Below, one piece after another: positions 1 to 9,029 of a stretch of DNA of 64,000 nucleotides. The notes beneath the pieces are model-generated. The model was not told where the DNA came from and did not search any database. It saw nothing but the letters and a program-made list of their open reading frames with translations. The stretch lies in assembly GCA_903821335.1 (NCBI GenBank), contig CAIJKV010000189.1:2612-66611 (forward strand), read 5' to 3'. Numbering within the stretch: the first letter of the stretch is position 1; every line of letters starts with the position of its first letter. A program made the translations under genes and the position numbers. Source of the stretch: an uncultured beta proteobacterium. Lineage in GTDB: Bacteria > Pseudomonadota > Gammaproteobacteria > Burkholderiales > Burkholderiaceae_B.

Positions 1-379
1 TATTGATCGGGCTTGCGGTATTGACGATCAGGTGCGACGTGTAGCCTTGAGATCCGTCGGCGTTCACCATCACGGCGAATATTTCACCATTTGAACGATC
101 GACCGCTTCCATTGCGGACTTGTTGCCGAACCAGCCGACTTGCACCTTGTTAAAACGCATGGCTTCGATGATGCCTGCGTAGTCTGAGGCAAAGAACGCT
201 TTGACGGTCAGGCCTGTCTGGCGTTGCATATCGTCGAGTAGCGGCTGCCAGTCCTGCTTGAGATTTTGCGACGCCTCGGTCGAAATGAAGCCAAAATTAA
301 TATCTTCAGCAAGTGCGATATTTGCACTGAAGGCCTGGGTCATTGCAATGACCACTCCGGCTGCGATTTTCTTGAGCAT
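1..379 (-). CDS. phnD: Phosphonate ABC transporter substrate-binding protein (5' part; continues beyond window start)
   Basis: Manual translation from ATG at 379: MLKKIAAGVVIAMTQAFSANIALAEDINFGFISTEASQNLKQDWQPLLDDM...FFASDYAGIIEAMRFNKVQVGWFGNKSAMEAVDRSNGEIFA. Signal peptide plus PhnD motifs; directly downstream of phnC. Confidence 0.92.
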   Translation of the reverse strand, partial: MLKKIAAGVVIAMTQAFSANIALAEDINFGFISTEASQNLKQDWQPLLDDMQRQTGLTVKAFFASDYAGIIEAMRFNKVQVGWFGNKSAMEAVDRSNGEIFAVMVNADGSQGYTSHLIVNTASPIN

Positions 380-410
380 GAATAAAGATCCAGTGATAAA
401 AAATTAAAGT

Positions 411-1271
411 TCAGGCTGCCTGTGCCAGGCGTGGGGGCGGTGCAATGTTGGCCGAGCCATGGCTTGCGGTTGTGGTGGCGCCAGCGATGTGTGGTGCCAG
501 GAGTTCGTCGACCTGAACGCCATAGAGCTTGCCCAGCAACTCAGGGGTGAGGCTTGAGGCCGGGCCGTCAAAAACAATCTTTCCCTGGTTCAGGGCAACA
601 ACCCGTTTGCAGTATTTGATTGCAACATCGACCTGATGCAGGGAGACGATAACGGTGCTGCCGTCTTCACGATTGATCTTGGCCAGAATGTCCATGACTT
701 TTCTGGAAGACTCAGGGTCGAGAGAGGCGATGGGTTCATCCGCCAGCACAATGCGCGCACCCTGCACAAGCGTGCGCGCGATCGCAGCACGTTGCTGTTG
801 CCCACCTGACAGCGTCGATGCACGCTGGGCATGACAGTCCGCGATGCCGACCCGGGCAAGCGCGTCCAGGGCCATCGAGCGTTCCTGAGCGTTAAACATG
901 CCAGGGATACTGCGCCACCACGGCATGCTGTGCAGTCTGCCGGCAAGCACGTTGATCATGACCGACAGGCGATCTACCAGGTTAAATTGTTGAAATACAA
1001 AACCAACGCGCGCGCGAATCTTGCGGATATTGCGATCAACCTTGCCGTTGCGCTGCACACAGTCACCATGGATCTCAATCATGGATCCCGCATTGACGTC
1101 TGCCGCCACCAGTCCCGCGATATGTCGCAACAACGTGGATTTTCCAGAGCCTGACGCACCAATCAACGCCACCATTTCGCCGTGCCGGACCGTGAGGTTG
1201 ATCTGGCTCAGCGCAGGCTTATTGGCGATGAAATGTTTATTCAGGTGTTCAATGCGAAGCGCCAGTTTCAT
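411..1271 (-). CDS. phnC: Phosphonate ABC transporter ATP-binding protein
   Basis: Walker [18 protein letters not shown] signature, [20 protein letters not shown]. Start moved to ATG 1271 (MKLALRI), which follows an AGGGAG SD. Confidence 0.95.
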   Translation of the reverse strand: MKLALRIEHLNKHFIANKPALSQINLTVRHGEMVALIGASGSGKSTLLRHIAGLVAADVNAGSMIEIHGDCVQRNGKVDRNIRKIRARVGFVFQQFNLVDRLSVMINVLAGRLHSMPWWRSIPGMFNAQERSMALDALARVGIADCHAQRASTLSGGQQQRAAIARTLVQGARIVLADEPIASLDPESSRKVMDILAKINREDGSTVIVSLHQVDVAIKYCKRVVALNQGKIVFDGPASSLTPELLGKLYGVQVDELLAPHIAGATTTASHGSANIAPPPRLAQAA

Positions 1272-1300
1272 ACCGAACTCCCTGAGTGTGTGTGTCGGAT

Positions 1301-1345
1301 AGTATGGACAGAGGTTGTTACCGCCTGTTGACAGCGATGTGACCG
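1301..1345 (-). promoter_or_regulatory. PHO box plus -10 element upstream of phnC
   Basis: Minus strand CGGTCAC-ATCG-CTGTCAA-CAGG-CGGTAAC (11-bp period), a 10-nt spacer, then CATACT (-10). Confidence 0.75.
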
Positions 1346-1366
1346 ATTTATTGCTCCGCAGTGGGT

Positions 1367-2524
1367 TCAGAGGACTTGCTGCCCCTGACGCCACACGGTG
1401 CGCACCACTGCATGCCGGTGATGTCCAACCAGTCGGGCCATATGCACACGCACCAGGTCAGCGCGCAAGCCCTGTGCAATCATCCCGCGGTCGACCATGC
1501 CGGTCGCTTGCGCAGGCTTGCTCGTCACGGTTGCCATGGCCTGCGGCAGGGTCAGAATGCCATCGTCCACCAGTCGCATGACAGCGGTCAGCAGGCTGCC
1601 TGGCACGTAGTCTGAAGAAAGTATGTCCAGCAGACCTTCCCTGGCAAGGTCTGATGCCGCGACGTTGCCCGAGTGTGACCCACCGCGAACGACATTGGGG
1701 CCGCCCATCACGGTCAGCAAACCGCGTGCATGGGCCGCGCGTGCGGCGGCGAGCGTCGTGGGGAACTCGGACGTGCTCGCACCTTCCGCATGTGCTTGCG
1801 ATACATGTTCGACAGTCGTGTCATCGTGGCTGGCCAGGTGGATGTTGTGTGTTCGGCAGTAGTCGACAAAATAGCTTCGGTGTGGGGCACTATATTTGGC
1901 CTGCAACGTGGCAGCATTGCGCACTTTGTCTTCGAACTTGTCGTGACTCCAGCCCTTTTTTCCGGTGAAGTACGTGCGGGCCTGCTCGATATTTTCCCAC
2001 TGGCGTTGTCCGGGCGTGTGGTCCATGACCGAAATCAGAGACAACCTTGGGTGCCCCTGAAACGGTTCGAATAACGCGATGGTGTTCGGGGCGGGCAGTT
2101 CACAGCGCACATGAAGGTGGTGGTCAGCCCGCAACAGGCCCCGGTCCGCACAGGTGTCGATAGCGGCGAGCACGCGTTCCCAGGATTGCCCGCGGACGCT
2201 TTCAACATCAGCTTCGCCGACACCGAGCGCATCAAGGACGGTGGTGATCCCGGCGGCCGCGATCTCTGCGTCGTGCGCGAGCAATGCGGGGACTTCTGCC
2301 CAACTGACCTTGGGGCGAGGCATCAGGTGCCGTTCGAAGTTGTCGGTATGCACCTCGACTAAACCCGGAATCAGGTAGTCACCTTCAAAGTCGATGGCGC
2401 CGGGCGACGATGTGGTGCCGCTGCTGATCGACGCGATCTTTCCATTTTCTACCTGAACCGTGCCGGATATGATCTCATCGCCCAGGACAATGTTTGCATT
2501 TTTAAGTAAATAGCTGGTTCTCAT
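1367..2524 (-). CDS. phnM: Alpha-D-ribose 1-methylphosphonate 5-triphosphate diphosphatase
   Basis: Amidohydrolase [25 protein letters not shown]-like, ASHDD, GGSHSGN, SSDYVP motifs. Confidence 0.96.
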   Translation of the reverse strand: MRTSYLLKNANIVLGDEIISGTVQVENGKIASISSGTTSSPGAIDFEGDYLIPGLVEVHTDNFERHLMPRPKVSWAEVPALLAHDAEIAAAGITTVLDALGVGEADVESVRGQSWERVLAAIDTCADRGLLRADHHLHVRCELPAPNTIALFEPFQGHPRLSLISVMDHTPGQRQWENIEQARTYFTGKKGWSHDKFEDKVRNAATLQAKYSAPHRSYFVDYCRTHNIHLASHDDTTVEHVSQAHAEGASTSEFPTTLAAARAAHARGLLTVMGGPNVVRGGSHSGNVAASDLAREGLLDILSSDYVPGSLLTAVMRLVDDGILTLPQAMATVTSKPAQATGMVDRGMIAQGLRADLVRVHMARLVGHHRHAVVRTVWRQGQQVL

Positions 2525-3240
2525 GCGTTGCTCCTGAAGGTGCCGACCAAGACATGTCGCGTGGCGATGCTGGCACCTACCTGGGCGTCGTGAAAAATTC
2601 CAATGGCGGCGCTGCCTTGGGCAATCGCTTCGCGAATCAATTCGATCACCGTTTCGGTATTGGCCGGGTCAAGCGAGGCCGTGGGCTCGTCAAGTAGCAG
2701 CAGTGGTCGCGGTTTGATCATGTTCCGAGCAATGTTGATTCGCTGTTGTTCTCCGCCCGAAAACGTGGCGGGTGGCAGGTGCCACAGCCGTTGCGGAATA
2801 CGAAGGCGTGTGAGCCAGGCTGACGCCTGGTCGCGCGCCGCCTTCAACCCGGCCATATCGTTGCCGGCATCTTCAGCAAGCGGTTCCGCGACGATGTCCA
2901 GGGCGCAGATGCGCGGAATCACACGCAGGAACTGACTGACGTAGCTAATGGAGTGCCGTCTGAGCGCGACCAGTTCGCGTGGTGTAGCGCGTGTGATGTC
3001 CAGGGCGGGCTGATCGTCGTGCTGCCTGAACTGAATGGAACCTGCGGTGGCACGATAGTTGGCATAAATCAGTTTGAGCAAGGTGCTCTTGCCCATCCCG
3101 GACGGCCCATCGAGCACCACACATTCACCAGGGCGCACTTCCAGATCCACTTTGTCCAGGACATTGAGTTCGATGCCATGTTGATTGTGCAGGGTGAATT
3201 GCTTTGCGACCCCCCGCATCTGAAGCAAAGGAAAGGTCAT
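2521..3240 (-). CDS. phnL: C-P lyase system ABC-type ATPase PhnL
   Basis: GPSGMGKST, YVSQFLRVIPR, PATFSGGEQQRINIAR, LDEPTASLD. Confidence 0.96.
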   Translation of the reverse strand: MTFPLLQMRGVAKQFTLHNQHGIELNVLDKVDLEVRPGECVVLDGPSGMGKSTLLKLIYANYRATAGSIQFRQHDDQPALDITRATPRELVALRRHSISYVSQFLRVIPRICALDIVAEPLAEDAGNDMAGLKAARDQASAWLTRLRIPQRLWHLPPATFSGGEQQRINIARNMIKPRPLLLLDEPTASLDPANTETVIELIREAIAQGSAAIGIFHDAQVGASIATRHVLVGTFRSNA

Positions 3241-4022
3241 GGCTGCAACACTGAGGAAACGAGGAGTTGGGTATAGGCGTGTTGCGGGTCGTCCAGCACC
3301 TGGTCAGTGAGTCCTGATTCCACAATGCGACCACGTTGCATGACGATCATTCGATGTGCCAGCAGCCTGGCAACGGCCAGGTCGTGCGTGACGATGATGG
3401 CCGCAAGATGCATGGTGCGTGTCAGTTGACGCAGCAAGTCCAGCAGTTTGGCCTGGACCGACACGTCCAGTCCCGACGTGGGCTCGTCCATGAAGATCAG
3501 GCGTGGTTGCGTCACCAGATTGCGCGCGATTTGTAGTCGTTGTTTCATGCCACCGGAAAAGGTACGGGGCGTATCGTCGATGCGCCCCGGATCGATCTCG
3601 ACACGCTCGAGCCAATCCATCGCGGTTTCGCGCAAGCGCCCATAGTGCCGATGGCCGAGCGCCATCAGACGTTCCCCCACGTTGGCACCCGCAGACACAT
3701 CCATGCGTAGTCCATCCACAGCGTTTTGGTGCACAAAGCCCCAGTCTGTGCGCGCCAGCAGGCGCTGCTGGGCCTGACTCATGGAAAAGATGTCCTGCAG
3801 ACCCCTCTCACGCGTCGAGAATTGCACGCAGCCAGCGTCTGGCAGGCTGCGTGCCGCGATCGCATTGAGCAGGGTAGTTTTTCCTGAACCTGACTCGCCG
3901 ACGACGGCAAGGACTTCGCCTGGCCAGAGGTCAAAACTTGCGTCGGCCAGCGCCAGTCGCGTCCCGTAATGTTTGGTGATGCCCGACACCCGCAGGAGTG
4001 GTTCGCAATGTGTGGCGTTCAT
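3237..4022 (-). CDS. phnK: C-P lyase system ATPase PhnK
   Basis: GESGSGKTT, RTDWGFVHQ, SAGANVGERLM, FSGGMKQRLQIARNL, VLDDPQHAYTQLLVSSVL. Confidence 0.96.
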   Translation of the reverse strand: MNATHCEPLLRVSGITKHYGTRLALADASFDLWPGEVLAVVGESGSGKTTLLNAIAARSLPDAGCVQFSTRERGLQDIFSMSQAQQRLLARTDWGFVHQNAVDGLRMDVSAGANVGERLMALGHRHYGRLRETAMDWLERVEIDPGRIDDTPRTFSGGMKQRLQIARNLVTQPRLIFMDEPTSGLDVSVQAKLLDLLRQLTRTMHLAAIIVTHDLAVARLLAHRMIVMQRGRIVESGLTDQVLDDPQHAYTQLLVSSVLQP

Positions 4023-4996
4023 GTCGGCAGAACCTCCCGTTGAACGGCGTCTGATCGAACTGCATCCGATCGAAAGGCCTCGTTCTGAACAGCGCCCGGT
4101 CGTGCTGCCGTCACGACGGGTTGGCGGGACTGACAGTAGTCAGAGTCAGAGCAAACATGCATGCGTGTACCGGAGTCGTCGGTAATGACTTCATCCAGAA
4201 AACTGTCGGTGGCCCCGCATAGTTCGCAATGGGCATCCCAACGCTGCACCGCGAAGGGGTGGTCCTCGAACCCCAGGCTTTCTACCGACGTGTAGGGGGG
4301 CACAGCATAAATTCGCTTTTCGCGTCCCGCGCCAAAAAGTTGTAGCGCAGGGTTCATGTGCATTTTCGGATTGTCGAATTTTGGAATAGGGGAGGGCGAC
4401 ATGATGTATCTGCCATTGACCAGCACCGGGTAGTCATAGGTCGTTGCGATATGCCCATAGCGTGCGATATCCTCGTACAGTTTGACGTGCATCAGGCCGT
4501 ACTCCGCCAGGCCGTGGAGGGTACGGGTCTCGCGTTCGCGTGGCTCCAGTCTTTGCATCGGTTCCGGGACCGGAACCTGGTAGACCATCACCTGTCCTTC
4601 TTTCAGTGGTGTTTCCGGAATGCGGTGACGCGTTTGTATCAGCGTCGCCTCTTGCGTGCGGGTCGTCGTCGTGACTCGGGTGGTGCGTTCAAAAAAACGT
4701 CGGATATTGACTGCGTTGACGGTATCGTCAGAGCCCTGGTCGATGACCTTCAGAATCTCATCAGGACCAATCACCGAGGCCGTGATCTGGATCCCGCCGG
4801 TGCCCCAGCCGTAGGGCAAGGGCATCTCGCGTGAGCCAAAGGGAACCTGATATCCGGGGATCGCAACCGCCTTGAGCAGGGCGCGACGGATCATGCGTTT
4901 GGTCCGCTCATCCAGATAGCCAAAATTAAAGGCCGGCCGCGCGGTCGAGTCGTTGACCGCAGCGGGTGTTGTGGCGGGACATGTGTTGTCAGGCAT
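4019..4996 (-). CDS. phnJ: Radical-SAM C-P lyase PhnJ
   Basis: YNFGYLDE-like, REMPLPYGWGTGG, DQGSDDTVNA, SPSPIPKFD, and the CELCG...VCSDSDYC Fe-S motif. Start set at ATG 4996 (MPDNT). Confidence 0.96.
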   Translation of the reverse strand: MPDNTCPATTPAAVNDSTARPAFNFGYLDERTKRMIRRALLKAVAIPGYQVPFGSREMPLPYGWGTGGIQITASVIGPDEILKVIDQGSDDTVNAVNIRRFFERTTRVTTTTRTQEATLIQTRHRIPETPLKEGQVMVYQVPVPEPMQRLEPRERETRTLHGLAEYGLMHVKLYEDIARYGHIATTYDYPVLVNGRYIMSPSPIPKFDNPKMHMNPALQLFGAGREKRIYAVPPYTSVESLGFEDHPFAVQRWDAHCELCGATDSFLDEVITDDSGTRMHVCSDSDYCQSRQPVVTAARPGAVQNEAFRSDAVRSDAVQREVLPT

Positions 4997-6113
4997 CTCT
5001 GTTTTCTCCAGCACGCTTGGAGTCGTCGCACTTGGCTTGTGCACGCATTGTTCGCACCAGATCCAGTTCTGCCTGGAAGTCGACGTAATGAGGCAATTTG
5101 AGATGCTGGACAAAGCCAGAAGCCTCCAGGCTGTCGCTATGCGACAACACGAATTCCTGCATTTGTGCCGGGGATTCGATCGACTCACCCAATTCGTCGG
5201 CGCGCAACGCGCGATCAACCAGACTCATCGCCATGGCTTTGCGCTCGCTGTGTCCAAACGCCAGGCCATAGCCGCGCGTAAATGTTGGCGGCTCTGAGGC
5301 CGAGCCTGCGAACTGGTTCACCATTTCACATTCCGTCAGTTCGATGTCCCCGAGCGAGATCGCGAAGCCTAGTTCAGGCGGAACAAATTCGACGGCAACG
5401 GTCCCAAGCCGAATTTCACCGACGAAAGGATGGCTGTGCGAGTAGCCACGTTGAGTGGAATACGCCATGGCCAGCAGGAAGCCCTCGTCACCCCGCGCAA
5501 GATTCTGCAGCCGTGTCGCGCGATCTGCCGGGAATCTCAGCGGCTCACGGGTCAGATCCATAGGCGGCGGATCATTTTCCGGGACGGGGTGCGTTTCAAT
5601 CAACCCCTCGTGATTGAGTAGATCCACCACCCGTGGTGGCGGCTGTGTCGCAGCGCTTGCGGCGGTGCAGACTGACGCCGCCGCTGCTGTCAGGTCGCTT
5701 TGCGCATTGGCCAGCAACGTGAAATCCAGTAGCCGTTGCGTGTAGTCATAGGTTGGCCCAAGAACCTGGCCGCCCGGGATATCTTTGAACGTTGCGGAAA
5801 TGCGGCGATCGAGCTGCATGCGCGAAGTCTCGAGTGGACAAGTTGAACCGATGCGGGGCAACGTGGCACGGTAGGCGCGCAAGAGGAAAATGGCTTCAAT
5901 CAAGTCACCGCTGGCTTGTTTGATTGCCAGTGCGGCCAGTTCGCGGTCGTAGACGGAGCCTTCCGTCATCACACGATCAACGGCCAGCTTGAGTTGACTC
6001 TGGATTTGTCTCGTCGTGAGTTCAGCCCAAGCGGTGTCGCCGCGCCGCTGGACGGCCAGCAGCGCGTAACTGTTCAGAATGGCTTGTTCGCCTCCCTTGA
6101 CTGCGACATACAT
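4989..6113 (-). CDS. phnI: C-P lyase complex subunit PhnI
   Basis: MYVAVKGGEQAI N-terminus, RRISATFKDIPGGQVLGPTYDY, GFVQHLKLPHYVDFQAEL. Confidence 0.96.
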   Translation of the reverse strand: MYVAVKGGEQAILNSYALLAVQRRGDTAWAELTTRQIQSQLKLAVDRVMTEGSVYDRELAALAIKQASGDLIEAIFLLRAYRATLPRIGSTCPLETSRMQLDRRISATFKDIPGGQVLGPTYDYTQRLLDFTLLANAQSDLTAAAASVCTAASAATQPPPRVVDLLNHEGLIETHPVPENDPPPMDLTREPLRFPADRATRLQNLARGDEGFLLAMAYSTQRGYSHSHPFVGEIRLGTVAVEFVPPELGFAISLGDIELTECEMVNQFAGSASEPPTFTRGYGLAFGHSERKAMAMSLVDRALRADELGESIESPAQMQEFVLSHSDSLEASGFVQHLKLPHYVDFQAELDLVRTMRAQAKCDDSKRAGENRDA

Positions 6114-6115
6114 GT

Positions 6116-6766
6116 TCAGCGCTCCTGCGAAAAGTGAATATGTGTTGAGCGGGGCAGACCCGCGATCACGGTGGGGGCAGTGAACAGCACATCCACCCCA
6201 CGCGGAAAGCTCACCTGGTTGTCTGCCCACATCGACGCGAAGCACTCAAGAATCTCAAGGTGCAGCCCCGGAAAATTCAGCGTGCTGGTACCCAGGATCC
6301 CGGGTCCTCGCAGCGTCAGGCAACCCGGCGCGACATGTCCAACGGCTGGGTTGTCCAGCTCTGGAACGTCGATCAGTACGGTCGTTGATTGGTCCGGATA
6401 ATCGTCGCTGCCAGTCGCGAACGACGCGAGCGAAGGCAAGTCAGCCATATCGCTGACCCACGCAAACTGTGCCTGTTTCGGGTCTTGTGTCAGCGCGCAA
6501 CCCGTATGAAACATCAGCCACGTCGCAGCCTGGCTATTGACCAGCTTTGGCGACAGCCAGAGGCGACAATCCTGATCAAGCAGAGCGAGCAACAGCGCCG
6601 AAGAGGTCGGGTGAAGTGCGTGCGGGATGTCGGCGTCTGGCGCGAGTTCGACCAGGCGCCCGGGATAAGACAGGGCACGCAGGGCGGCCCTGAAGGTGGC
6701 CTGGCTACCAAACGCCTCGTGTGCGAAGCCGGCACCGATTGTGGATAGATCGTGTGGTGTCATCAT
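6116..6766 (-). CDS. phnH: C-P lyase complex subunit PhnH
   Basis: SQATFRAALRALSYPG, LALLDQD, WLMFHTG, YPDQSTTVLI, LRGPGI, FPRGVD, GLPRST. Confidence 0.94.
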   Translation of the reverse strand: MMTPHDLSTIGAGFAHEAFGSQATFRAALRALSYPGRLVELAPDADIPHALHPTSSALLLALLDQDCRLWLSPKLVNSQAATWLMFHTGCALTQDPKQAQFAWVSDMADLPSLASFATGSDDYPDQSTTVLIDVPELDNPAVGHVAPGCLTLRGPGILGTSTLNFPGLHLEILECFASMWADNQVSFPRGVDVLFTAPTVIAGLPRSTHIHFSQER

Positions 6767-7266
6767 TCCTGATCCCCGTATTCGCCGAGATCCGACTCAC
6801 GCGCAACGGTAAAAAACTCAACCTTTGAACTGTCGGCGCGGTCCTGGCGTTGTGTGCGCAGTTCGCTCAGGTGTATGCGAATGGATACGAGCAACGTGGT
6901 GTCAAGTGCGGCGTGCTGATCCGGTGACTGAAGCAGTGCATCAGCCGTGGCCGCGAGTTGAGCCTGCCGGTGTGACCGACCCAGCACATACGCGATGCCG
7001 ACGTGGGGAGTGCTCGAGGGTGGGTTCAGCCGCAGCGCACAGCGTGTCACGGTGACCTCACCGAGATTGAACCGCGCACCCGTGCCGCCCGCACGACCTT
7101 GAATCATCATCAGGCCTGTCTCAGGCGCACGTAGCCATTTCGGTGCGTGCATGCTGTGCGCGCTTAACGCAGGTTCAAGCAAGCTGAGGGGAGCTCTTGC
7201 GAGTAGTGCCATCCAATCTGCACGGGCAGCAGATTGTGTGATTAGAGTGTCAGAGAATTGCAACAT
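6763..7266 (-). CDS. phnG: C-P lyase complex subunit PhnG
   Basis: WMALLA, RAPETGLMMIQGRAGGTGARFNLGEVTVTRC, ADALLQ, VEFFTVAR. Confidence 0.95.
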   Translation of the reverse strand: MLQFSDTLITQSAARADWMALLARAPLSLLEPALSAHSMHAPKWLRAPETGLMMIQGRAGGTGARFNLGEVTVTRCALRLNPPSSTPHVGIAYVLGRSHRQAQLAATADALLQSPDQHAALDTTLLVSIRIHLSELRTQRQDRADSSKVEFFTVARESDLGEYGDQE

Positions 7267-7312
7267 GAAATTGTTAATGTAAAAAGCTGTTCACAACAAG
7301 GATCAACGGGCA

Positions 7313-7346
7313 AGCATAGAGATGCCGCGTGTATCTTTGATGACAG
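7313..7346 (-). promoter_or_regulatory. PHO box plus -10 element of the phnG operon
   Basis: Minus strand CTGTCAT-CAAA-GATACAC, a 10-nt spacer, then TATGCT (-10). The first 11 nt are identical to the plcP box. Confidence 0.7.
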
Positions 7347-7349
7347 TCG

Positions 7350-7367
7350 TTGTCACAGGAATGAAAC
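7350..7367 (+). promoter_or_regulatory. Possible PHO box facing the DUF1045 gene
   Basis: TTGTCAC-AGGA-ATGAAAC; no clear -10 at the expected spacing. Confidence 0.3.
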
Positions 7368-7373
7368 AAAAAA

Positions 7374-8087
7374 ATGCATGAGACACCACTGACCAATGCA
7401 TATCGGTATGCGATTTACTTTGCCTCACGCCCGGACTCGGCCGATTGGCAAGCAGGCAGCAGGTGGCTTGGCAGATGCGCCGCCAGCGCAACAGTGGTGT
7501 CGCAACCGACTGTCGAAGGTGTGGCGCCGGAGGATTTCAACCGGCTGACCGCAGCACCCAGGCGCTATGGCTGGCACGCCACGCTCAAGGCACCTTTCGC
7601 GTTGCGGCACGGCATTGGGCTTGAGACGCTGCGCCAGGCGCTGAAACAACTGTCTGGGCAACTCAGTGCCTTTCAGATGCCAACCCTGTGTGCCAGAAAG
7701 CTCGACGATTTTCTTGCGCTCGCCCCTGTCACCGCAAGCCCGCAAATAGACAGGGTGGCCAGACAATGTGTGACCACCCTGCACGCATTCGCAGCACCAC
7801 TCTCAGCAGAAGCACTTGCGCGTCGACGCGCTGGCGGCCTGACACCAGAGGAAGATGCCTTACTCGTGCGCTGGGGGTATCCCTTTGTGCTGGAACGCTT
7901 TCAGTTTCACCTGTCGTTGACAGGATCATTGAAGGGTGTGTCGCCAGAGCGGATCGATGCAATACAAACCGCCGCAGTGCAGACATTTCAAACCATACCG
8001 CCGTGCCAGTTTGATTCCATCGCCCTATTCGCTGAACCCCGGCCCGGTGCAGATTTTGTGCTGCTTGAACACTTTGCTTTCAGGTAG
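7374..8087 (+). CDS. DUF1045 family phosphonate-metabolism protein (2H phosphoesterase fold)
   Basis: RYAIYFA, PRRYGWHATLKAPF, WGYPFV..FQFHLSLTG; two H-x-T/S motifs; divergent from phnG. Confidence 0.88.
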   Translation: MHETPLTNAYRYAIYFASRPDSADWQAGSRWLGRCAASATVVSQPTVEGVAPEDFNRLTAAPRRYGWHATLKAPFALRHGIGLETLRQALKQLSGQLSAFQMPTLCARKLDDFLALAPVTASPQIDRVARQCVTTLHAFAAPLSAEALARRRAGGLTPEEDALLVRWGYPFVLERFQFHLSLTGSLKGVSPERIDAIQTAAVQTFQTIPPCQFDSIALFAEPRPGADFVLLEHFAFR

Positions 8088-8146
8088 TGGAATGGACTAT
8101 TGGCATGAACGCCATGGATGCGTGGACCGGTCGCAGCCCTGGCTCT

Positions 8147-8202
8147 CTGTCATCAAATCATCACCAGACCGTCACAACGGTGTCAATTCGCAGGTGCATT
8201 GT
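8147..8202 (+). promoter_or_regulatory. Four-repeat PHO box plus -10 upstream of plcP-agt
   Basis: CTGTCAT-CAAA-TCATCAC-CAGA-CCGTCAC-AACG-GTGTCAA (8147-8186), a 10-nt spacer, then CATTGT (8197-8202). Confidence 0.8.
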
Positions 8203-8210
8203 GACTAGTC

Positions 8211-9029
8211 ATGAGACCCACCGAGCCGTTTACGTCCGACCCCGACCCCGTCCCCGTCCACCACCGTGCCATATGGATATCAGACATTCACCTTGGCACG
8301 GCAGGTTGCAAAGCGGAATACCTGCTGGATTTCTTGAAGTGGCACGAATGCGACCACCTGTATCTGGTGGGCGACATTATCGACGGCTGGCAGTTGAGAA
8401 AAAACTGGTACTGGAAACAGAGTCACAACGATGTCGTGCAAAAGATTTTGCGCAAAGCCCGCAAAGGAACGCGCGTGGTCTACATCGCAGGGAATCACGA
8501 CGAAGTCATTCGTCAGTTCATTGGCCTGGCCTTTGGTGATATTGAGATCGCAGACGAGACGACACACCAGTTGCTGGATGGCCGAATTCTGTGGATCACG
8601 CACGGTGATCTCTTTGATGGACTGATCCAGCACGCGAAATGGCTTGCCTATCTGGGTGATGGCCTCTACACGGTGATCCTCAAGTTAAACAACACCTTCA
8701 ATCACATTCGTCACCGACTGGGCCTGTCGTACTGGTCGTTGTCGCAATACCTGAAGCACAAGGTCAAGAACGCAGTGTCGTTCATTACCGAATTTGAAGA
8801 AGTGCTGACGGCCGAGGCCAGGCGTCGGGGCTATGACGGCGTGCTGTGCGGCCACATTCATCAGGCCGAGATCCGTGACGTCAACGGCATCCTGTATTGC
8901 AATGACGGCGACTGGGTCGAGAGCCTGTCTGCCATCGTCGAGACCACAACCGGAGAGCTAAAGGTTGTCTATTGGCATCAACGTGCCAGCCCATCCGTTA
9001 CGGAGCCCTCCCATGCCACAACAGTCTGA
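8211..9029 (+). CDS. plcP: PlcP-type Mn-dependent phospholipase C (LpxH2-like metallophosphoesterase)
   Basis: ISDIHLG, LVGDIIDGW, NDVVQKILRKARKG, GNHD, HGD, CGHIH, NDGDWVES; paired with a GT4 gene and PHO boxes. Confidence 0.82.
   Translation: MRPTEPFTSDPDPVPVHHRAIWISDIHLGTAGCKAEYLLDFLKWHECDHLYLVGDIIDGWQLRKNWYWKQSHNDVVQKILRKARKGTRVVYIAGNHDEVIRQFIGLAFGDIEIADETTHQLLDGRILWITHGDLFDGLIQHAKWLAYLGDGLYTVILKLNNTFNHIRHRLGLSYWSLSQYLKHKVKNAVSFITEFEEVLTAEARRRGYDGVLCGHIHQAEIRDVNGILYCNDGDWVESLSAIVETTTGELKVVYWHQRASPSVTEPSHATTV

Noticed and set aside
4030-4085. RSDAV-RSDAV duplication at the PhnJ C-terminus
   Set aside because: A short degenerate tail outside the conserved domain; probably neutral slippage.
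8211-9029. Annotation as UDP-2,3-diacylglucosamine hydrolase LpxH
   Set aside because: The PHO array, GT4 partner and family-specific motifs fit PlcP better, and it is not in a lipid A context.
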